A stretch of 64,000 bases of DNA, from positions 4,002,481 to 4,066,480 of the forward strand of contig OZ246979.1 of the NCBI GenBank assembly GCA_965232545.1. The letters run 5' to 3'. Positions 19,871 to 28,970 of this stretch are shown here, piece by piece. The translations under genes and the position numbers were made by a program. The number at the start of each line of letters is the position of its first letter. Positions within the stretch are counted from its first letter, which is position 1. The stretch is from Candidatus Poribacteria bacterium (GTDB lineage: Bacteria; Poribacteria; WGA-4E; WGA-3G). A model generated the notes under the pieces. It worked only from the letters and a program-made list of their open reading frames with translations, made no database searches and was not told where the DNA came from.

Positions 19871-22800
19871 TTATGGGAGTGCATACACTCCGCGTTGCAC
19901 CCTTACAATCTCACCAGTATCTGCAAGACGCTTGAGTTCATTTCCGATTGCCTGTGGATTTCCATGAGTGGCTGCGACAAATTCTGCTGTCTTTTTCTCA
20001 CCGTCAGCAAGCAGCGCGAGAATTTGCTCACGGAAGGGAACCCGGGGGATATTACCGCCCCGAAGTTTATTCAACACACGGTTCGCCTGCCTTGAGGAGC
20101 ATCCCAAAATCCGTTCGACTTCTGTCCTGCTGGTTTCGGCGGTTAATTCAACACTTTCAGTTTCAAAACGCTGGCGCGTGGTGATAACCTCAGCAAGTTT
20201 GTCTAATCCACCTGCAACTTCAAAATCTTCCCAGTCGAAAAGGAGGGTCTCAGGTCTGTGAGTGATGTCAGGCAGTTCCATACCAGAGATTAACATAACT
20301 TTCTTGTCTGCGAAACCGTCTAACCCAGCGGCCCCTATAATCCGAGTGAGCAGGTAGATAACTTCTTCTTCATAAACGCTTTGTAACCGTTTGTCTGTGT
20401 AGGTACCTGACTCTGTTTCTCTTTGATAAAAGAGTGGTTCCTCGTCGTTCCCAAACAAGATCTGTGCGCGTTGCCAAACAGCACGGAGGCCCACCTCCGG
20501 TGTGCCGACTATCCATAAGACTTCTGCTTCTTCAAAATCAGCCTCCAACCCATTTAGATCTCGGAAATTTGTCAGCAAGCAGACGTTCTCCTTCTCTGCG
20601 ACATCGCCTAACTGTTTGAGGGTTGTCCTATGTGTGATAATCCCATGCTTAACGCTCGGTGTTCTCTCAATTTCTGCAAGGATACCGAGAAAAAAGTGTT
20701 GCCCGGTTTCGGACATGCCGGAAACCACCCAATTGCTATCATTGTCCAACATGGTATCTGGGGGGTAGGCACCCGTGCGAATCTGAAAAATTTGGTTTCC
20801 GGGTATCCATGTTGGGGGGGCAGTCCGTAAAACTTCAATGTCGCTGTTCGGAAATACGTTTTGGAAGTTCCGTTCGGGGTCGATTGTAGAAATTAACAAA
20901 AGCTGTTTGATGCTTTGGGGCAGCACTGGGGGTACCCAGAACCGCAGCCCTTCGTCATCCCACCCCATCGGTGCGTTTTTATCCTGTGTATAGTGTGCAA
21001 AGAAGCGTCTGAGTTGATGCCAAACCGTCCAGTTCGGGTTCCGGCAGACTGTAGGGAATCTCTGAATATTCTGGACGGTTTCTACGTTCAAAATACCCAA
21101 ATCAATGGCTTCGGTCATCAGCATGGGAATTCTCATCTCTTCGTCAATCACAAAGTCGCTGAGTTGAAAAAAAGGTAACCCGTTTGAAATGAATGCCTCT
21201 ACAGCTGTATCGTCGACCGGAATGTAGGCAAAAGTGCCTGCTTCAAACGCAACGGCAAAACGTGCTAATTCTTTTCCGGTTTCAGGATCAATAGCCCCGC
21301 GTCTCACCACGACCCCTTGCGCATTGACGTGACACATCTGCCTGATAATGTCTGCCTCTCGCCATTCAAACGTCTGTACCGCTGTACGGACACGTTTGAC
21401 AGCATCCGTATAGGTTCTACTGCTGATTTCTAAGGCATTCAGCAAGGCTTTGGCGAAACTACCCAAGGCATCTCCGTGCCAGGTATTACCCCACTCTTCC
21501 AATAAACATTTTGGTAGCCTACATTCCAGAAACAGATCATCCGTTTTTGTCGGTTCAATAATACAAAACCTATTGGAAGACAACGATGTAGATTCCATCT
21601 CCTCCGTTTCAGCCTCGCCTTCAAGCAGCACTTTCACGACTTCCTGGTATTGTGGGTTGAAAAACAGTTGCGGAATCTCCGAAATCTGCACCGCAGCACG
21701 GGGTAAGGAGAAAGATTGCGATAGATAACCGAGGTTCTGACATTCAGCATAGACCTGACATTGTGGACAGATACTTTCACGCGGGTCCCCGCCTTTTTCC
21801 TCAAGTGCCTCGCACCGCTCAGGATCCTCACAGACATTCCCATGTTGAAAAGGATTTTCCATTCGTATCTCAATAGGTATCTCTTTCACCTGTTCCCATC
21901 GGTACATTCGAGGTTTATAGTGAGCAAGAGGGAGCACGGTTGACTTTTGTTGGTTTCCTTGTTCTGCTGCTTTTCTCCATCTGTCATTTGACACGTTTAA
22001 GCAGATAGAGTTATTGATAAGTAACGATCTGATTTTGCTGTTTTTCTCTAAGGATGCCCCGGCAATAAGTCTGACGATGCGCACATTTTCGTTGAAAGTC
22101 CGCTGTATCTGAAGTGCATTCTCTTCAGGGGTTCCATAAATCTTTCTCGTGTCCCCCGGGTGCGGCTGCAGAACAGGCGCGGGACGTTTGATCGCCAACG
22201 GACTCAGGTTCCCCTCCCGGACTGCAAGTACCTTATCTGAAACAACCAACCCCTTGGCGGAGATCGGTGGCAGAATGCCAGTATCAGCCCAGACATCTGT
22301 TATTGGGGTCGGTTCAGTGGGGAGTTCCGCGTTAGGTATAGACGTGGATATCCACACCGTCCCATCGCGCTCCCATAGTGAAACGCGCCCATCGCCAACG
22401 CTACTCGCGTCAGAAATCCAGTAATGAATGCCATTATCTTCCCGGACATAAGAGAAACCGCGTTTTAGCAAAGCCTCTTTTGCGAGGTCCAACTTATGCG
22501 AACCAAGATACCGTGGCACATTCGGAACGGGCGGCTCCAGTTTCCTCACCGCAGTTGGTGCAGGTTTGTGAATAGCAACCCGGAGTGCCTCAATCGGTCC
22601 GAAGAAAATCTCTTTGGTGATGAGAGGCGGCTCTAACAGATTACCCAACAGGATCTCATAGCGCGCATCCCAAGGATTGTATCCGTGTTCCCCTAAAATT
22701 TCGAGATACACCTCTGTTCGGTGCGGGTCTTCTGCGGTCGGTATATGTTTATAAATATACAATCGTTCCATCTCGGTCTTCGGATGGAGGTAATCCAGGA

Positions 22801-23290
22801 TCCTGCAAGAGAATCGGATCCCGCCGGATTTTGACAACGTCAAGAGCGGGTTTTCAACAGTGTTGACAAGTGCCTCAATACAGGCATAAACGGCATCCGG
22901 GGCGGTGCAAACAGCTTGATATGTAAAATCGAGATCGTGCCACCGTGCACCGTCACGTTCCGAGGGAATGCCAGTATACACCTGAATGCCCCAAGACTTG
23001 TCCCAGTGTCCCATTGCTGAGCTTCTTATCCCTTGACGTTCCAAAAACCATTTCCTGTCAACATACCTGGGACCGTGATCGTTTTTAGGTGCGCGTCCTA
23101 TCGGCATAAAGGAGATATCCGCCAGTTCTATGTCATTGAGCCTCACAGGGTAATTGCGCGCACAATAGATGATGTGTTCGCGCGGATAGCCCAGGTTGTA
23201 AGCCGCAGGTTTCACTACTGTCTTTCGTTGCCGAAGGGGTTTGTTATGCCGTTGATGGCAGCGTTCAATGAGATCTTTCAAGGAATCCAT
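19871..23290 (-). CDS. Paralog 2 of the Prim-Pol-like/helicase-like/HTH protein, with Cys cluster
   Basis: Collinear with paralog 1; WHDLDF; CEDPERC..CPQC..C; start MDSLKDLIERC aligned with MNSLEALIERC. Confidence 0.6.
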   Translation of the reverse strand: MDSLKDLIERCHQRHNKPLRQRKTVVKPAAYNLGYPREHIIYCARNYPVRLNDIELADISFMPIGRAPKNDHGPRYVDRKWFLERQGIRSSAMGHWDKSWGIQVYTGIPSERDGARWHDLDFTYQAVCTAPDAVYACIEALVNTVENPLLTLSKSGGIRFSCRILDYLHPKTEMERLYIYKHIPTAEDPHRTEVYLEILGEHGYNPWDARYEILLGNLLEPPLITKEIFFGPIEALRVAIHKPAPTAVRKLEPPVPNVPRYLGSHKLDLAKEALLKRGFSYVREDNGIHYWISDASSVGDGRVSLWERDGTVWISTSIPNAELPTEPTPITDVWADTGILPPISAKGLVVSDKVLAVREGNLSPLAIKRPAPVLQPHPGDTRKIYGTPEENALQIQRTFNENVRIVRLIAGASLEKNSKIRSLLINNSICLNVSNDRWRKAAEQGNQQKSTVLPLAHYKPRMYRWEQVKEIPIEIRMENPFQHGNVCEDPERCEALEEKGGDPRESICPQCQVYAECQNLGYLSQSFSLPRAAVQISEIPQLFFNPQYQEVVKVLLEGEAETEEMESTSLSSNRFCIIEPTKTDDLFLECRLPKCLLEEWGNTWHGDALGSFAKALLNALEISSRTYTDAVKRVRTAVQTFEWREADIIRQMCHVNAQGVVVRRGAIDPETGKELARFAVAFEAGTFAYIPVDDTAVEAFISNGLPFFQLSDFVIDEEMRIPMLMTEAIDLGILNVETVQNIQRFPTVCRNPNWTVWHQLRRFFAHYTQDKNAPMGWDDEGLRFWVPPVLPQSIKQLLLISTIDPERNFQNVFPNSDIEVLRTAPPTWIPGNQIFQIRTGAYPPDTMLDNDSNWVVSGMSETGQHFFLGILAEIERTPSVKHGIITHRTTLKQLGDVAEKENVCLLTNFRDLNGLEADFEEAEVLWIVGTPEVGLRAVWQRAQILFGNDEEPLFYQRETESGTYTDKRLQSVYEEEVIYLLTRIIGAAGLDGFADKKVMLISGMELPDITHRPETLLFDWEDFEVAGGLDKLAEVITTRQRFETESVELTAETSRTEVERILGCSSRQANRVLNKLRGGNIPRVPFREQILALLADGEKKTAEFVAATHGNPQAIGNELKRLADTGEIVRVQRGVYALP

Positions 23291-23440
23291 TATGTGAGTA
23301 AGAAAGCGGATGTGAATTTTCCGTTTTGTTAACGTCTGAGTAACTACTAACGCGATTAACATCATACCACAAATCCTTTTTTAATCAAGATTTTAAAGCA
23401 AAAAAAGCAGTGGTGGCAAGAACCACAACGATTATCATAG

Positions 23441-23731
23441 TAAGACAAAACAATAAATAGTTTGTAATAATTTGTTATGTCTTAAAATGTATATCTATCA
23501 TCAAAATCGCTGGGAAATCAACGAACATCAGGTTACTTGCTGCAGATTGGATAAGACCTTGCAGAACCATAAAAGTCTTACCATGACTGGCTCTGGAACC
23601 ACAATGTAAACCCAACCTACTCACATTTGTACAATTCCTGAAAAAAATAGTTTGGTTTTATAGTCCAAATTTGCTATAATTTCATATTAAGACATAAAAT
23701 ATTAAACTATTATGATTTTTATCTTGTCTTA
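23441..23731. promoter_or_regulatory. Two 44-bp TAAGACA-N30-TGTCTTA sites in inverted orientation (23441-23484, 23688-23731)
   Basis: Same length and arms; interiors are partly reverse-complementary. Confidence 0.65.
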
Positions 23732-23889
23732 ATACGCAATATATATATAATAGAGGATATGCCGAGTGATTGAGGGATCATTATCAACATATTTATACGG
23801 TCACCATAAACTTCAATATACTGTTGTAGAACCAGCAGCAGAACAACAGTAAAGCCCGCTGACCAAATATACTGTCAAGGAGTTTTGAA

Positions 23890-24423
23890 ATGCGTAACCT
23901 AAAAGTCATCTTAGCAGTCATTGGAATTGCTTTTGCTTTGACATCAGGGTGCGTTAGAAACCCTGATGCTATACCCAAAAAGTTCGTCAAGTTAGACGCA
24001 CCTCTCGAAAATGTGTTATCTAAAATTACACTCTCCACTCACGATGTTGCTGTTGGCGATACCTATACCGGCACGATCATACCCCCCGACAGTGAGGGAG
24101 AAAGTGATAGAATTGAGTATACATTTCTCAAGCAATATGCTGTCGAAGGAACGCGATCTATCTTTGCGATCGTTGCCTATAACGCCGGCGGGAGTGGCGT
24201 TTTTCACTATCTGACTGCGGTGGATAAAACGACGCTCAAAAGTACTGATGAAATCTTCCTTGACGATCGACCGAAAATTGTACAGGTTCTATTGACGGAC
24301 CCTAAGATCGATACCGTATCTGTCACTTATATTAAGAGAGAGGGCGTTGAATATCCGCCTAAAAATACAATACAACAACACTTTATAGTGAAACAAGGTA
24401 AACTACAAGAAGTCTCGCGTTGA
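23890..24423 (+). CDS. Hypothetical lipoprotein
   Basis: AGGAG RBS, LTSGC lipobox, GGSGVFHYL motif. Confidence 0.8.
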   Translation: MRNLKVILAVIGIAFALTSGCVRNPDAIPKKFVKLDAPLENVLSKITLSTHDVAVGDTYTGTIIPPDSEGESDRIEYTFLKQYAVEGTRSIFAIVAYNAGGSGVFHYLTAVDKTTLKSTDEIFLDDRPKIVQVLLTDPKIDTVSVTYIKREGVEYPPKNTIQQHFIVKQGKLQEVSR

Positions 24424-24473
24424 GAACTAACCACACTACGTGGGGCTTGCCCACCAACCTATAGAGGATTCAA

Positions 24474-24679
24474 ATGAGAAAATCAAGTCTATTTTTTTAC
24501 TCATGATTGGATCGTTATTTTCCCTAATCGGATGTACTCGCGATCGTGGTCATATCCTAATACCCGATCCGATTTCATCTCCGATGGAAGTTGACGAACC
24601 TGAAGTTCTGAAAATCGGTTTTATGGATGGCGGCGTTTATGCCTTAATGAAGCATAGGTATTCTTCCCCATCCGCCTAA
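24474..24679 (+). pseudogene. Frameshifted N-terminal remnant of an ABC substrate-binding lipoprotein
   Basis: LIGC lipobox followed by LKIGF (compare VKIGF in 27153), truncated. Confidence 0.4.
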
Positions 24680-24704
24680 TAGAAAGGAATAGAACACGTC
24701 ACGG

Positions 24705-25040
24705 ATGTCACCTAACCAATACATTGAAGAAGCCATATTAGAGACTCTTTCGCAAAGTAAAGCGGATTATGTCCATGCCGATGATATACCAGAGCGGATC
24801 CGACTGGAACTTCCGATGTCGGATGAAGAAAAGAATCGGATCATTAACAAATTTTTAGATAAATTAGAGACAGAGAAACGCGTAGAAGCAAGGCGTAGGA
24901 AAGACGGAGGCGTAATTGATTGGAAACTGTCCGCGTCAGAAGCGAGTCGGCGAGGGTTGAAAAAGTTCAGCAGGAACGAGAGACTCGCGGACGGAGATAT
25001 CCCGGGACCGCCAAATTCTGGGAACTCCGAAGATTACTAA
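24705..25040 (+). CDS. Small hypothetical protein, possibly winged-helix
   Basis: AAGGA RBS, 111-aa charged helical ORF. Confidence 0.6.
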   Translation: MSPNQYIEEAILETLSQSKADYVHADDIPERIRLELPMSDEEKNRIINKFLDKLETEKRVEARRRKDGGVIDWKLSASEASRRGLKKFSRNERLADGDIPGPPNSGNSEDY

Positions 25041-25049
25041 CTCGGTTGA

Positions 25050-25185
25050 TCCACTGCGAAACCGAATGTCGTCTACTATTATCGCATAGAAGATGTGTCG
25101 TACGCCGGGAACCACAAGCAACTCGCAACCGTGCAATTGAGAGGACTGGTCTCTGCGACCGGTAAACGCATCACACTGAAAGGAT
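25050..25185 (+). pseudogene. Remnant of a secreted-protein C-terminal domain (TAKPNVVYYYRIEDVS...VSATGK)
   Basis: No start codon; degenerate GK..WG-type tail; in frame with the next ORF. Confidence 0.5.
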
Positions 25186-25190
25186 ATTGT

Positions 25191-26381
25191 ATGTTTTTTA
25201 TTTTTTCTCTATCACAAGATTGGCAGTCTATTTTCAAAACCGTTGTTATCGGATTCGTCGTGTTTTGTGTGCTTTTCACGGTATCGGAGCCGGTTGCGGC
25301 CCAAGCACCCGCGGTGGTTTCGATACCCGACGATGGTTTACGACAGGCAGTGCGCGATGCCCTCAATTTGGCGGCAGACGATGTGCTTGAAGCAGATAAA
25401 ATGCGTAGATTAAAAGTTTTAAAGGCCCCAGAGCTGAGTATAAACAAACTCACGGGGTTGGAACATGCCCCGAATTTAGAGGAGTTGGATCTGAGTTGGA
25501 ATGGGATTAGTAACTTTTCGCCGCTTGCGGGTTTGACGAAGCTTAAGAAGTTAAATCTCAGTATTAATGGGATTACTGATATTTCGCCGCTTGCGGGTTT
25601 GACGAAGCTTGAGGAGTTAGATCTCAATCTTAATCTGGTTAACGACCTAACGCCGCTTGCGGGTTTGACGAAGCTTACATTGTTAGATCTCAGTATTAAT
25701 ACTATTAACGACCTAACGCCGCTTGCGGGTTTGACGAAGCTCAAACACTTGAGGCTGGGGGGGCTTGAGGATCGGATTCAGATTAGTAACATTTCGCCGC
25801 TTGCGGGTCTGACGAGCCTCACAATGTTAGATCTGAATCAGAATAACATCAGTGTTCTCACGCCGCTCCAAAGTTTAACGAAACTCCAGACGTTGGACCT
25901 TTCAAACAATCAAATCAGTGATGTTGGAGCCCTTTCGGGTCTAACTTCGCTCTTATTCTTATACCTTGATGGAAACACCATCACAAATTATCAACCGCTT
26001 CACACGCTCAGGGCGGCGAATCCGGATGTTTGGATCGATATTCTGCCTACCGATACGACAGCTGGGGCACCGCGACAGGCAACATCTCCGCACACAGCAC
26101 TCTTGTCCAACTATCCGAACCCGTTCAATCCAGAGACGTGGATCCCTTATCAGTTGGCAAAGGCAGCAGATGTCACGGTGACGATCTACGATATGCGTGG
26201 GGTCATGGTTCGTGAGTTCGTGTTAGGATATCAACGAGCAGGTGTCTACCGTAGCCGTGTCCGGGCAGTGCACTGGGATGGACACAATGACTTCGGTGAG
26301 AAGGTCGCCAGTGGCGTCTACTTTTACACGCTCACAGCAGGCGAGTTCACAGCAACACGGAAACTCCTGATACGGAAGTGA
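25191..26381 (+). CDS. Internalin-like LRR protein with FlgD/T9SS-like C-terminal domain
   Basis: 22-aa LRRs (near-identical 66-bp units), NYPNPFNPETWIPYQL...TRKLLIRK. Confidence 0.9.
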   Translation: MFFIFSLSQDWQSIFKTVVIGFVVFCVLFTVSEPVAAQAPAVVSIPDDGLRQAVRDALNLAADDVLEADKMRRLKVLKAPELSINKLTGLEHAPNLEELDLSWNGISNFSPLAGLTKLKKLNLSINGITDISPLAGLTKLEELDLNLNLVNDLTPLAGLTKLTLLDLSINTINDLTPLAGLTKLKHLRLGGLEDRIQISNISPLAGLTSLTMLDLNQNNISVLTPLQSLTKLQTLDLSNNQISDVGALSGLTSLLFLYLDGNTITNYQPLHTLRAANPDVWIDILPTDTTAGAPRQATSPHTALLSNYPNPFNPETWIPYQLAKAADVTVTIYDMRGVMVREFVLGYQRAGVYRSRVRAVHWDGHNDFGEKVASGVYFYTLTAGEFTATRKLLIRK

Positions 26382-26407
26382 CACCGGACAGGCAGGGGAT
26401 GGCAGCG

Positions 26408-26519
26408 GATAGACAGCAGCCCCCCTGTCTTATACCAAAATGGGGCGCATTATGCAAATTCAGATTAAAACCAGTTTTTTGTTATACATGTTTATGTTCT
26501 CCCTCTGCCTGAATACCCT
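26408..26519 (+). pseudogene. Truncated duplicate of the upstream region and first codons of gene 28971
   Basis: GATAGACAGC...ATGCAAATTCAGATTAAAACC...CTGAATACCCT matches ~28913-29038. Confidence 0.8.
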
Positions 26520-26529
26520 AAAAATGTTG

Positions 26530-26923
26530 TATAATTATACTTAACACTTTGGACACCGCTTTGACCCCCAACACTCGTTGGGGAGGTGTCCGCTTCGGTC
26601 AAAGGAAGTCAAAAGGTGTTAAGTGTGATACCACTGAAAACATATACTGGGCAGTTCACACATAATTGAGCGAAAGCTTGAATCGGAGCAGAGGTGAAAG
26701 TCTGCGCGTCGTATTGCTGCCCTGCTTTTCAACTTTTCTCTCCTTTTGGAGAGAGGCAGGCGGGGATAGCCATGAAAGTTTCCGCATGATGTGCCTAAAG
26801 GGATTTTTCACCTTTTAGGTAATCGCCTGCGGGTGGAGACACCGTAAGACGGTTGACTCTCTGAGAAAACCGCAAATGTCTATGAAACCGAAGCCCACGC
26901 CTTTAGGCGTTGGGTGCTATCAC
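26530..26923 (+). ncRNA. ORF-less IS200/IS605-derived structured RNA: -10 box, pseudoknot leader, hairpins, omega-RNA-like right end
   Basis: Ends GAAG-CCCACGCC-TTTA-GGCGTTGGG...TCAC; GAAG guide matches a TCAC cleavage site; GCCTGC..GGAGAC..GTAAGAC..TCTATGAAAC scaffold-like words; left end not seen. Confidence 0.6.
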
Positions 26924-26991
26924 AACAGTTCGGTTGGGAAACCGAACCTACCATGGTGTCAAAATAATTATGGATTTTACTATAAAGGCAA

Positions 26992-27031
26992 GTGATACCA
27001 TCCACTGCCTAAAGGCAGGGGCTTCGGTTTC
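26992..27031 (-). mobile_element. Second IS200/IS605 right end, inverted
   Basis: Reverse complement GAAACCGAAGCCCCTGCCTTTAGGCAGTGGATGGTATCAC is similar to 26884-26923. Confidence 0.7.
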
Positions 27032-27152
27032 GGACGCTGCGCTAAAAATCATTCAGAATACAAAATCTGACATCTGACATCGGTGTAAATGAACCCACAG
27101 AATGTCCTGGGGGTGCGTTTGCTTTTGAAAGTCAAAAAAGGACTCACAAATA

Positions 27153-28307
27153 ATGCTCAAATCGTTTATGTCATTTATTCTAAGTTTGTTGGTGATCGGG
27201 GTTATGGGGTGTGATAATGTTAGCAAAGTGCTTACATCGAAACCAGCTTCTACTGTGAAAATCGGATTTCTTGTCGCTGGAGACAGAGCAAATTACCTTA
27301 ACGGTGCGGAGATGGCGGTATCTGAAATAAATGGGCGTGGCGGGTTATTCGGTATGCCTGTTGAATTGATTAGTCATATCAACGTGGATTCGGGACCAGA
27401 AGTCTCTGTTGAAGTTGCCGAGTCTATGATACGCGAAGACAAAGTGATTGCGTTGATTGGTCCCAATCGTTCTTCTCACGCTGTAGAGGTTGGGCGTGTT
27501 GCACAAAAACATCAGATACCGATGATAGCGACAACCGCGACGAACCCGAATGTTACCGGGGCAGGTGAGTTTGTATTTATGGCATCGTTTACCGATAGTT
27601 TTCAAGGGGCAGCGATGGCACGCTTTGCCAAAATGGAGCTGGGTCTGACGACCGCGGCGATTATGACACGCAGAGGGGATCTCTATACCGAAGGTATCTC
27701 CGAATTTTTTATGACACATTTTATTCAGCTGGGTGGGAAAGCCACTCAGGTGTTTTATGAGGCAGGCACAACCGACTTTACGTCATTATTAGAGGAAGTT
27801 GCCGGAGAGAAACCGGATGCGCTGTTCGCGCCAGGGTTTGTTGAAGAACTTCCACTTTTGACGCAGCAAGCCCATGCGATCGGATTGCAAAATAGCATCG
27901 GAACCCCCACAGTGTTCTTAGGTTCAGATTCGTGGGACAATCCGTTGTTGCTAACAACGACAGCGACTGCGATAGAAGGGAGTTATTTCACCGGTCACTT
28001 TTCACCGGATGCCGATGAACCGAACGTGCGCACTTTCGTTGATACATACACCTCTATTTACAGGGATACACCCGTTGGGGGTATCGCTGTCAGTTATGAT
28101 GCGGTTATTTTGCTTGCGCTTGCTGCGGAGAAGGCAGGGAGTTATGAACCAAACGCGCTCCGTCAACAACTCGCTGCAACACAAAATTATACTGGCGTAA
28201 CAAGTATTGCACACTATGATGAAAACCGCCACCCGACAAAAAGTGTCGTTATTTTTACTATCAAGAACGGTAAAAAGCAGTTCTATAAACAAGTAAAAAG
28301 CAGTTGA
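27153..28307 (+). CDS. ABC transporter substrate-binding lipoprotein (LivJ/LivK-like)
   Basis: VMGC lipobox, KIGF, ALIGP..S, DSFQG, YDA, GVT. Confidence 0.9.
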   Translation: MLKSFMSFILSLLVIGVMGCDNVSKVLTSKPASTVKIGFLVAGDRANYLNGAEMAVSEINGRGGLFGMPVELISHINVDSGPEVSVEVAESMIREDKVIALIGPNRSSHAVEVGRVAQKHQIPMIATTATNPNVTGAGEFVFMASFTDSFQGAAMARFAKMELGLTTAAIMTRRGDLYTEGISEFFMTHFIQLGGKATQVFYEAGTTDFTSLLEEVAGEKPDALFAPGFVEELPLLTQQAHAIGLQNSIGTPTVFLGSDSWDNPLLLTTTATAIEGSYFTGHFSPDADEPNVRTFVDTYTSIYRDTPVGGIAVSYDAVILLALAAEKAGSYEPNALRQQLAATQNYTGVTSIAHYDENRHPTKSVVIFTIKNGKKQFYKQVKSS

Positions 28308-28309
28308 TT

Positions 28310-28562
28310 ATGAAAAAATTGTTTTGTCTTTTTATTTTACTGTTCGCTGTCTGTTTGGGTAAATTAGGGGGTGTCGCGGCATAAACGGTGAACGATGACT
28401 TGTACCTATCGTGGTCTTCTGATGGTAGAAAAATCGTCTTCACGGTTTCCCTAATGATGGCACGGCTGATATTTCGGTGAACCTGTGGCAAGTGGTGTGT
28501 ATTTCTATACGCTCACCGCAGGAGACTTCACGGCGACACGGAAATTGTTAATACGGAAGTAG
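28310..28562 (+). pseudogene. Collapsed secreted-protein remnant (signal peptide, WSSDGRKIVF, ASGVYFYTLTAGDFTATRKLLIRK)
   Basis: Fragments in different frames. Confidence 0.6.
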
Positions 28563-28697
28563 CAGACGACACAAGGGGCTTCTGGGGGAAATCTGTTCCA
28601 TTCCACATGATACATTCATCAGGTTTCCCTCGCCTTATTTTTCTGCGGGTTTGCTATACCGCTTTGTCCGCTTGCCACCGTTTTACAGAAGGTGTTT

Positions 28698-28815
28698 ATG
28701 CCCTCCCCAATACTCATTATCGAAAGCCGTCTGGGGTCAACGGATTGTTCGGGATGCCGTATTTTTCGGCGCGGTCGCGCGCTTTTCGCCAAACGGTTGC
28801 GGCAGCCGGAGGACA
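28698..28815 (+). pseudogene. Truncated paralog of the small protein at 37566
   Basis: PILIIES.LGSTDCSGC..FRRGR..FAKR..QPED shared, with synonymous differences. Confidence 0.6.
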
Positions 28816-28970
28816 GCCGGAGAGGCAGAAGCGGCCGGAGGGAAATTACGATCCGAGATCCCAGAATCTGGACGGCAGTCAGAAATCGTGAAGGTAACGT
28901 TCGGTCAAAGCTGATAGACAGCGGACCCCTGTCTTATACCAAAATGTCTTATACCAAAATGGAGCACATT

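Noticed and set aside
25515-25820. Regular CGCCGCTTGCGGGTTTGACGAAGCT repeats resembling a CRISPR array
   Set aside because: 66-bp in-frame LRR coding units; no cas genes in the window
26628-26880. Group I intron (IStron)
   Set aside because: Could not identify P7/catalytic core sequences by eye
28692-28970. N-terminal extension of the 1299-aa ORF
   Set aside because: Chance fusion with a small-gene remnant; RBS, signal peptide and paralog support ATG 28971
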